This document shows positions 57,349 to 64,000 of a stretch of 64,000 nucleotides of DNA, one piece after another. How positions within the stretch are numbered: the stretch's first letter is position 1; each line of letters begins with the position of its first letter. A program made the translations under genes and the position numbers. The notes beneath the pieces are model-generated. The model was not told where the DNA came from. It saw only the letters and a list, made by a program, of their open reading frames with translations, and did no database searches. The stretch lies in NCBI GenBank assembly GCA_963667305.2, contig CAXXWG010000008.1, forward strand, positions 165,913 to 229,912, given 5' to 3'. The DNA is from Aggregatilineales bacterium (GTDB lineage: Bacteria; Chloroflexota; Anaerolineae; Aggregatilineales; Phototrophicaceae).

Positions 57349-58830
57349 TCAGTCGGGCCAGGTGGAATAGAAATGCCTCAACAGGGGTCCGAGGGGGTGG
57401 GCCGAAGATGGCGCCTGTTGCGTCAGCGCCTCTTTCATGGAGTCGTGGAGCGAATTTTCGTCGAGTCGAATGTGCACGCCGTCACGCAGCACCCATTCGC
57501 CATGCACCATCACGTGCCGGACGTGGCTGCTGTTGGCGCGCCGCAACAGAAACTCGGGCAGGTGACTTGCGGAGGGATACTGTGGCGGCGCCCAGTCGCC
57601 GCGGATGGCCTGCCAGTCCAGCAATACCATGTCCGCCAGCCAGCCAGGCTTAAGGGAACCCAGGGAAACTTCCTGGCCAAAAGTGGCAATAATGCCGCCA
57701 CGCGTGGCCATATTCATAACGTCGAGCGGGGGCAAATGGTCCGCGTTCGCTCCGGGTCGATTGCCGAGCGTGTAGGCGAGGCGCATTTCGCGCAGATAGT
57801 CCTGGTCGTCGTCCAGGGTGTGTCCGTCCATACCGATGCCCACGTTTACACCGGCCTTGCGGAAACCAGCCACAGGCGCAATGCCGCTGCGCAGGCGCAG
57901 GTTGCTGGAGGGGTTGTGCGCCACGCTGACCCCGCGATCGGCCAGGAGGGCGGGGTCGTCCGCCTCCGTCCATACCATGTGGGCCAGGGTTAGCCAGTCG
58001 CCCAGCGCGCCCAGTTCGTCGAGTTTCCTGATGAAGCCGCGGCCCCAGCGCCGCCAGGCGTAGTGCCGTTGATAAGGTGACTCGAGCATGTGCATCTGGG
58101 CGCGGGTGCCGTTGGCCCGGGCCCACTCGGCAGCGCCCTGAATGAGCGCATCGCTGGCCCATTGCCCGCCGACCGGGCTGGCCTGAATGTGAACCCGATG
58201 CTCCCTGGCGTCATGGCAGCGGTCATACAGGTGTTGCAGGCCATCCAGCCAGGCGTCCAGGCTGAGGGCAGGCGGACTCGCCCTCGCTTTTGCCAGTTCT
58301 CGCAGATCCGCCGGCAGGGACGAGAGGAAGCCTTCCTCATCGAGATAGACCAGGGTGTTCTGGTCCAGCAGCGGCGGGAACATGGCAACGCGCAGGCCGG
58401 CCTGCCGATAGCCTGCCAGAGTCTCCGGTATCTCCTCAAACAAGGTGGCCAGGCTGGCCGGGTTGTGGCTGTGGGCCACCGAGGTGACGCCGGCGCGAAT
58501 GAGTTGCCACCCTTCGTATTCCGCCGCCAGCCGGGGCGAAATGCGTGGCAGGCTGCCCAGGCCTGCCAGCCAGACCTCCAGCAGGTCATCCGGCAGGCCG
58601 AGCGCGACCGAGCCAAGGGCGCGACCGTGATCGTGACTGTTGACGAGACCGGGCAAAAGGAGCAGGTCCTCGCTGCCGAATAGCGGGACAGTCGGGTGTT
58701 TTTCTGCCAGCGCGGCACGTCCGCTGATTTCCAGGATGCTCGCCCCTTCAATCAGCAGCGCGACGTCGCGCTGAAAGCCATCGTTCACCAGCCCGATACC
58801 GGCATGCACGATGTGGCGTTTGTCCCTCAC
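57349..58830 (-). CDS. amidohydrolase-superfamily protein (deaminase/chlorohydrolase-like)
   Basis: 493 aa. Metal-binding motif LPGLVNSHDHG. Later HMLES, a His in AHMVW and a GIGMDGH region are typical of the cytosine/guanine-deaminase-like subgroup. Confidence 0.82.
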   Translation of the reverse strand: MRDKRHIVHAGIGLVNDGFQRDVALLIEGASILEISGRAALAEKHPTVPLFGSEDLLLLPGLVNSHDHGRALGSVALGLPDDLLEVWLAGLGSLPRISPRLAAEYEGWQLIRAGVTSVAHSHNPASLATLFEEIPETLAGYRQAGLRVAMFPPLLDQNTLVYLDEEGFLSSLPADLRELAKARASPPALSLDAWLDGLQHLYDRCHDAREHRVHIQASPVGGQWASDALIQGAAEWARANGTRAQMHMLESPYQRHYAWRRWGRGFIRKLDELGALGDWLTLAHMVWTEADDPALLADRGVSVAHNPSSNLRLRSGIAPVAGFRKAGVNVGIGMDGHTLDDDQDYLREMRLAYTLGNRPGANADHLPPLDVMNMATRGGIIATFGQEVSLGSLKPGWLADMVLLDWQAIRGDWAPPQYPSASHLPEFLLRRANSSHVRHVMVHGEWVLRDGVHIRLDENSLHDSMKEALTQQAPSSAHPLGPLLRHFYSTWPD

Positions 58831-59582
58831 GGCGAAAACAACCCGGCCTGCTGCCCGCCATCAATGATGAACACCTGACCGGTAATCATGCGCGCGGCAT
58901 CGGATGCCAGCCAGAGCGCCAGTTGGGCGACGTCTTCCGGCTGAATCACGCCGGGAAGCGGTTGGCTTCGCTCCAGGAAGGCATCGCGCTGCGGGCGGCC
59001 GAGCGACGCGTTCAGTGGCGTATCCACGAAGCCGGGACAAATGACGTTGCAGCGCAGGTTATCGCGCGCGTAATCGAGCGCGATACTGCGCGTCAGGTTG
59101 ATCACACCGGCCTTTGCCGTGGCATAGGCGGCCTTGTTTGAAGAGGCTCGCAGACCGAAGGTGCCGGCAGTATTCAAAATCACACCGCCGCGTCTGCGCA
59201 TGTGGGGGATTGCACGGCGGGCCGCCAGAAAGACGCCTTTCAGGTTGACGTCCAGGCATTCTTCCCAGTCGCTCACTGCAATATCTGTTATGCGACCGGA
59301 GGGGCTGATTCCGGCATTGTTGAAAAGGACGTCAATGCGTCCATAGCGGTCGATGGTCGTTTCGACCAGGCCGCACACGCTGTCGTCGTTGCTAACGTCC
59401 GTCTGGACGGCAAGGGCGTCCCCGCCGATTCCGGCGGCCGTCCGTTGGACACTGTCCAGAGTCCTGCCGGCGCAGACCACCCTGGCGCCGGCGCCAGCAA
59501 AAATGTGACAACTGGCAGCGCCGATGCCGGACCCGGCACCGGTCACGATGACGACCTTGTCCTGCATGGATCTGTCGGTCAA
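58827..59582 (-). CDS. short-chain dehydrogenase/reductase
   Basis: TGAGSGIGAA cofactor motif, NNAG, and catalytic YATAKAGV. 4-nt overlaps with both neighbouring genes. Confidence 0.88.
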   Translation of the reverse strand: MTDRSMQDKVVIVTGAGSGIGAASCHIFAGAGARVVCAGRTLDSVQRTAAGIGGDALAVQTDVSNDDSVCGLVETTIDRYGRIDVLFNNAGISPSGRITDIAVSDWEECLDVNLKGVFLAARRAIPHMRRRGGVILNTAGTFGLRASSNKAAYATAKAGVINLTRSIALDYARDNLRCNVICPGFVDTPLNASLGRPQRDAFLERSQPLPGVIQPEDVAQLALWLASDAARMITGQVFIIDGGQQAGLFSP

Positions 59583-60325
59583 TCGAGTAACCAGCCGCCA
59601 TCCACGGGAATCACCGTTCCGGTGATATAGCGCGAATCATCCGAAGCCAGGAAGAGGGCCAGGGCGGCCACGTCCTCCGGCGTGCCTGGCCGGCGCAAGG
59701 GGATGCGTTCCTGTGCCCAACGTTGCATGTCTTCCAGATTTGGCAGCATGTCGGTGTGGATGATGCCCGGTGCCATGGCGTTGACGCGGATTCCCTGCGG
59801 CCCGTACTGCAGGGCGAGGTGGCGGGTCAGGCCGGCGACGGCGGCCTTGGACGTGCCATAGGCTGCCGAATGGGTGAAGGCAATCACCGAACTGATTGAG
59901 GCAAGGTTGACGATGGCGCCGGGAATGCCATCGGCCAGCCAGTGACGGATGACCAGTTGCGACATCAGGGAAACACCCGTCACATTCACCTGCAACATGC
60001 GGTCCCACTGTTCGTCGCCCATGTCTTCAAAGACGGCATTGAAAAAAATGCCGGCATTGTTGACCAGCACGTCGACCTGTCCGAATTCTGCAAGGGCTGC
60101 ATCCACGAAAGACTGGGCCGAGTCCCGCTGCGCGACGTCCGCCACCAGGGCCAGCACGTTTGTGCCCCGGTCGCGCAACTCGCTGGCGAAGGCCTGCAAA
60201 CCCGCGTCATTGAGGTCACAAAGCGCCAGCGCGCAGCCTTCGGCGGCGTAGCGCCGGGCGATGCCGGCGCCGATGCCACGGGCCGCGCCCGTGATGATGG
60301 CGCTTTTACCTGACAGGCGTCCCAT
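59579..60325 (-). CDS. short-chain dehydrogenase/reductase
   Basis: TGAARGIGAGIA cofactor motif, NNAG, and catalytic YGTSKAAV. Confidence 0.88.
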   Translation of the reverse strand: MGRLSGKSAIITGAARGIGAGIARRYAAEGCALALCDLNDAGLQAFASELRDRGTNVLALVADVAQRDSAQSFVDAALAEFGQVDVLVNNAGIFFNAVFEDMGDEQWDRMLQVNVTGVSLMSQLVIRHWLADGIPGAIVNLASISSVIAFTHSAAYGTSKAAVAGLTRHLALQYGPQGIRVNAMAPGIIHTDMLPNLEDMQRWAQERIPLRRPGTPEDVAALALFLASDDSRYITGTVIPVDGGWLLD

Positions 60326-60330
60326 GGGCC

Positions 60331-60573
60331 CTACTCCTCTTCGATCCAGGCGACTACATCGCCAACCGGGACTTCGACATCAAGCTCGACGCAAGTCTCG
60401 GCGAGCTTGCCGGCCACGGGCGATTCCAGTTCAACCTCGACCTTTTCGGTTGTGATGACGGCGAAACCGTCGCCCGCGGCGAGGGAATCACCCGGCTGCG
60501 AAAGCCACTCCACGATGATGCCCGCTTCCATCGTCATGCCAAACCGCGGCATGCGCACCGCAATCCGCGCCAT
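60331..60573 (-). CDS. stand-alone lipoyl-attachment domain protein (E2 N-terminal domain only)
   Basis: 80 aa from ATG 60573: MARIAVRMPRFGMTMEAGIIVEWL...GDGFAVITTEKVEVELESPVAGKL matches the lipoyl domain with the lipoyl-lysine in TEKV. No E2 catalytic or subunit-binding domain follows. Confidence 0.75.
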   Translation of the reverse strand: MARIAVRMPRFGMTMEAGIIVEWLSQPGDSLAAGDGFAVITTEKVEVELESPVAGKLAETCVELDVEVPVGDVVAWIEEE

Positions 60574-60574
60574 G

Positions 60575-61555
60575 TCAGGCCGGCTCCGCTTGCATACAAC
60601 GTCGCGCGGCATTGACGATGCGTTCTGTCGTCGGGACCGCCGCACTCTCCAGCACCGGGCTGAAGGGCAGGGGCACGTCCAGATTGCTCACCCGTTGTAC
60701 CGGCGCACGCAGATGCTGGAAGGCCTTTTCCGCCACGGTCGCCGCCCATTCGCTGGCAGCGCCACAGACAGGGAAGCTTTCGTCAACCGCGACGAAGCGG
60801 CCAGTCTTGCGCACGCTACGCAACACGCAGGCCTCGTCCCAGGGCTTCAGCGTGCGCAGGTCGATTACCTCGCACTCAATGCCTTCTTTCGCAAGCGTTC
60901 GGGCAGCCTCCATGCACCGCCTGGACATGGCGCCGGCTGTACAAATCGTGACGTCATCGCCCTCGCGGCGGATGGCCGCCTCGCCGAGCGGGATGGTGTA
61001 AGTTTCGTCGGGCACTTCGCCGCGCAGGCTGCCGAGCGCAAGCGGGCTGAGGAAGAGCACCGGATTGTCGTCGCGAATGGCTGTGATGAGCAGGCCCTTG
61101 GCGTCATAGGGTGTGGAAGGCACGACCACCTTGATCAGGGGCATGTTCATGAACAATGGATGCATCGGCTGGCTGTGGTGATGACCGGCGCTGATGCCGG
61201 AGCCGTTCACTGTCATGAACACAAGCGGTAGTTTCGTCTGACCGCCGAACATGTAGCGCATGGCGCCGGCCTGGTTGGCGATCTGATCGAGGGCCAGGTA
61301 CAAAAAAGTTCCAAACATCAGGTCGATCACAGGGCGTATGCCGGTTGCAGCCGCCCCAATGCCGGCGCCGGCCACGGCCAGTTCCGAGATCGGGGTGTTT
61401 ATGACGCGCTCATCACCGAATTCGCGATGCAGCCAGCGCGTCCCGGCAAAGACTGCCAGTTTCACGTCTTCCCCCATGACGACAACGCTTTCGTCACGCT
61501 GCATTTCCGAGCGCAAGGCTTCGCGTATGGCATCGACGGACGCTTTCCGTGGCAT
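60575..61555 (-). CDS. 2-oxoacid (pyruvate/acetoin-type) dehydrogenase E1 component beta subunit
   Basis: 326 aa. VVVMGEDV, INTPISELAVAGAGIGAA and a transketolase-C-like C-terminus. Confidence 0.9.
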   Translation of the reverse strand: MPRKASVDAIREALRSEMQRDESVVVMGEDVKLAVFAGTRWLHREFGDERVINTPISELAVAGAGIGAAATGIRPVIDLMFGTFLYLALDQIANQAGAMRYMFGGQTKLPLVFMTVNGSGISAGHHHSQPMHPLFMNMPLIKVVVPSTPYDAKGLLITAIRDDNPVLFLSPLALGSLRGEVPDETYTIPLGEAAIRREGDDVTICTAGAMSRRCMEAARTLAKEGIECEVIDLRTLKPWDEACVLRSVRKTGRFVAVDESFPVCGAASEWAATVAEKAFQHLRAPVQRVSNLDVPLPFSPVLESAAVPTTERIVNAARRCMQAEPA

Positions 61556-61582
61556 ATTTCGGAACTCCCCTTGTTTTCCCTG

Positions 61583-62560
61583 TCAGGCCCAGGTGTCTTC
61601 GAGGACGCTTTCCTCCGCGGGCCAGGGACTCTCGCGCGCGAAAGTCACGGCGTCTGCCACCCGTTGGGTGGTCTCCTGTTCAATGTTTTCCAGGGCATGG
61701 GCATCTGCCACACCTTCATGCAGGATGCGTTCGTGCAAAATGAGCAGCGGGTCGCGTAACCTGGCCAACTCCTCTTCCTCCGGCAGACGGTAGGTCTGCC
61801 CGGCAAGAAAGGCTTCCTCACCTTCGGCGTGGCCGCCACGCCTGTGGGTCTTGGCCTCAATCAAAGTCGGGCCCTCGCCGTTACGGGCCCGCATGACCGC
61901 CCGGTGCACAACGGCATAGACCTCCAGCGCATCGGTCCCGTCCACGATGTGACCGGGCATGCCATAGCTACCGGCGCGCACGGCGATGTCCTCAATGTTC
62001 ATGGTGTCCTGCGCCGGCGTAAATTCGCCATACTGGTTGTTCTCGCAGACGAAAATGACCGGCAGCGTCATGGCTGACGCCAGATTGAGCGATTCGTGAA
62101 AGCTGCCTTCATTGGCTGCGCCGTCTCCGAAAAAGGGGACGGAGACCTGGTCCGTCTTGCGCAGTTTGATGCTCAGGCCGGCTCCGGTCGCTATCGGGAT
62201 ACCGCCGCCCACAATGCCGCAGGCGCCCAGCATGCCGATGCTGAAATCGGCGATGTGCTGGCTGCCCCCCTTGCCGCGGCAGTAGCCGGTCTCCTTGCCG
62301 AAGATTTCGGCCATGGTGCGATTGAGGTCGCCCCCCTTGGCAAGCACGTGGCCATGGCCGCGGTGCGTACTTGTCACATAATCGTCGTCGCGTAACGCTG
62401 CACAAACGCCCGCCGCGACGGCCTCCTCGCCAATGTAAAGATGCACGACGCCAGGCAATTCGCCGGCGGTAAAGAGTCGGCCAACTTCTTCTTCGAAGCG
62501 GCGGATATTCAGGATGCGCCGATAAATGTCCAGCACAACTCCCGGTTGGAGCTCAGTCAT
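61583..62560 (-). CDS. thiamine-diphosphate-dependent 2-oxoacid dehydrogenase E1 component alpha subunit
   Basis: TPP motif GDGAANEGSFHESLNLAS, YVTSTHRGHGH and NNQYG. ATG 62560 overlaps the M20 stop (ATGA). An alternative TTG lies at 62581. Confidence 0.9.
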   Translation of the reverse strand: MTELQPGVVLDIYRRILNIRRFEEEVGRLFTAGELPGVVHLYIGEEAVAAGVCAALRDDDYVTSTHRGHGHVLAKGGDLNRTMAEIFGKETGYCRGKGGSQHIADFSIGMLGACGIVGGGIPIATGAGLSIKLRKTDQVSVPFFGDGAANEGSFHESLNLASAMTLPVIFVCENNQYGEFTPAQDTMNIEDIAVRAGSYGMPGHIVDGTDALEVYAVVHRAVMRARNGEGPTLIEAKTHRRGGHAEGEEAFLAGQTYRLPEEEELARLRDPLLILHERILHEGVADAHALENIEQETTQRVADAVTFARESPWPAEESVLEDTWA

Positions 62561-63792
62561 GGTGCAGTCTCTCCCAGACAAAGTGACGCGGCCGTCAGCG
62601 CGATCGTGCGTGTTGCGGACACGATTTGATCGACTTCAATGCATTCGTCCACCATGGGCCAGACCGGAATATACCCCGGCCCGTATTCCACGCAAGCGAT
62701 GCCGGCGCCCTTGAAGTGGCAGGTGTCGGCCGTTGCGCCAATGCGATGGCCGGCCCCGACCCGCGGTTCCCGGCCGTGAACGCGAGTATGCGCGGCGATC
62801 AGTGCCTGCACCAGGGGCAGGTCGGGGTCCGTGGCCACCTGTGCCGGCATGCTTTGGTGGCGCTCACTCTGGGGAATGACCAGTTCATAGCGGAAATCCG
62901 CGTCCTTTTGGCGGATGCCGTCGAGCAGTCCGGTCATGTCTTCGCGAACGCTTTCCTCGCTCATCCCTGGCACGATCCGGAGGTCAAATGCCAGGGTCGT
63001 GACGTCCTGGTGATGGGAAATGTCGCGAACGGCCATGGCGGGAAAGCCGGGCAAGAGTGGATGGTTCTCAAAACGCAGCCAGCCGCCATCTTCGACTGGT
63101 GGCAAGGGACGGTAAGAGGGGCCAAAGGCCTCTATGACCCTTGTGATTTTCTCGATCGGGTTGACGTAGGGCACGCGGTGTTTGAACTCGCCGACAACCT
63201 TCACGAGTCCCTGTACATAGCCAACGGATATGAGACCCACGTCCAGATTGCCCGCCTCGGTCACGATGCAATAGTCTGTGCGCAGACCGCTGGCCAGCAA
63301 ATGCTGCGCGCCGGCGCCGCCGCCGGTCTCGGCCACGACACAGGCCACGACCAGATCTCCGCGCAGGGGCAGGGCCGCCCGTCGCAAGGTCTCCGCAGCC
63401 ATCAGGGCCGCTGCCAGGCCGCCCTTCATGTTGATGGCGCCCAGACCGTAGAGCATGCCATCCTCAATTTCTCCGGCAAAGGGGTCGTGCCGCCAGTCAG
63501 CGCGCCGAAACACGTCGCCCTGCCAGTCGCTGGTGTCGGTGTGGCCGCAGAGCATCAGGGACGGTCCGCTGCCATCGCCGCGCAGGGCGCCGATCGCCTG
63601 ATGCGTGCAGCCGCCCCCGGCGAGCGGGACTTCCTGCAGTTCGACTTCGAAGTCTCGTTTGCGCATCCAGTCCGCCAGCCAGTGTGCCAGTTCCGATTCC
63701 CGCCACAGAAAGGACGGGATACGAATCATCTGCTGCGCCAGGTTGACGGGTTCGTCAGGATGCAGGTGTGACAACAACGTGCGCGTATTCAA
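62557..63792 (-). CDS. M20-family metallopeptidase / deacylase (ArgE/DapE/ACY1-like)
   Basis: 411 aa. LCGHTDT, GAINMKGG and VVAETGG metal and catalytic motifs. TTG start. First gene of the long minus-strand operon. Confidence 0.85.
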   Translation of the reverse strand: MNTRTLLSHLHPDEPVNLAQQMIRIPSFLWRESELAHWLADWMRKRDFEVELQEVPLAGGGCTHQAIGALRGDGSGPSLMLCGHTDTSDWQGDVFRRADWRHDPFAGEIEDGMLYGLGAINMKGGLAAALMAAETLRRAALPLRGDLVVACVVAETGGGAGAQHLLASGLRTDYCIVTEAGNLDVGLISVGYVQGLVKVVGEFKHRVPYVNPIEKITRVIEAFGPSYRPLPPVEDGGWLRFENHPLLPGFPAMAVRDISHHQDVTTLAFDLRIVPGMSEESVREDMTGLLDGIRQKDADFRYELVIPQSERHQSMPAQVATDPDLPLVQALIAAHTRVHGREPRVGAGHRIGATADTCHFKGAGIACVEYGPGYIPVWPMVDECIEVDQIVSATRTIALTAASLCLGETAP

Positions 63793-64000
63793 TGGAAAGA
63801 CATCCTGCGGAAAACTTTAAGGCTCTTGCCGGGCGACAGGGGTAGCCACAACAGGAACAGGTTGGCCCCTGCCCGCATGCGGGATTCTACCGGCGCGCCT
63901 TCGCTGTCGCTACAATGGCCGGATACAACCAGCAAACAGGCAGGTTGCCATGTCTGAAGACATCGTCTATTCGCAAAAGGGGCCGCCGGCGTGGCCGGAA

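Noticed and set aside
56284-57993. 569-aa plus-strand ORF opposite the SBP and amidohydrolase genes (also 51561..53153, 53735..54724 and 62626..63771 on the strands opposite real genes)
   Set aside because: All are antisense to ORFs with strong family motifs and cross gene boundaries. They are artefacts of GC-rich sequence.
63950-64000. Partial plus-strand CDS at the window edge (MSEDIVYSQKGPPAWPE...)
   Set aside because: Only 17 codons are visible, the RBS is weak and the protein cannot be identified. It is mentioned only as a possible divergent neighbour of the M20 operon.

Overview
This is a GC-rich bacterial chromosomal segment. Gene content suggests Chloroflexota or a similar lineage (Flp pilin, SufU plus a Rieske protein in the suf cluster, fused NuoCD), but that placement is low-confidence inference. 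All product calls come from motif recognition in the supplied translations. No database search was run. Gene order: ilvC-leuA-leuCD-cimA-leuB; a SAM-I riboswitch with terminator ahead of a Cys/Met PLP enzyme; thrC with an orphan Flp pilin gene, then thrB; an aldehyde dehydrogenase; an iscX-like gene, nuoB, nuoCD, nuoI and an Mrp-like ATPase; envelope genes (class-A beta-lactamase-like hydrolase, LCP); a peptide-type ABC importer; tRNA-Pro; selD; a multidomain wall hydrolase; a suf cluster (sufT-like, sufCBD, GH32, sufU, Rieske); GDPD; tRNA-His; nnr, a polyprenyl synthase and dinG; modAB; tRNA-Asp; a GntR-controlled sugar locus (solute-binding protein (SBP), two permeases, GH42-like enzyme); and a 10-gene minus-strand operon. 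That operon holds an M20 peptidase, 2-oxoacid dehydrogenase E1 alpha/beta, a stand-alone lipoyl domain, two short-chain dehydrogenases (SDRs), an amidohydrolase and a second peptide-type importer. I saw no CRISPR array, transposase, integrase, prophage or recognisable defence system, so this is mostly core metabolism. The most notable points are:
- selD carries an in-frame UGA (selenocysteine) that the ORF track missed.
- The complex-I Q-module genes are bracketed by Fe-S assembly-type genes, and the Mrp-like ATPase lacks its CxxC motif.
- The E1 alpha/beta genes are followed by a lipoyl carrier with no E2 catalytic domain.
- GH32 sits where sufS is expected.
- The sugar SBP gene is frameshifted.
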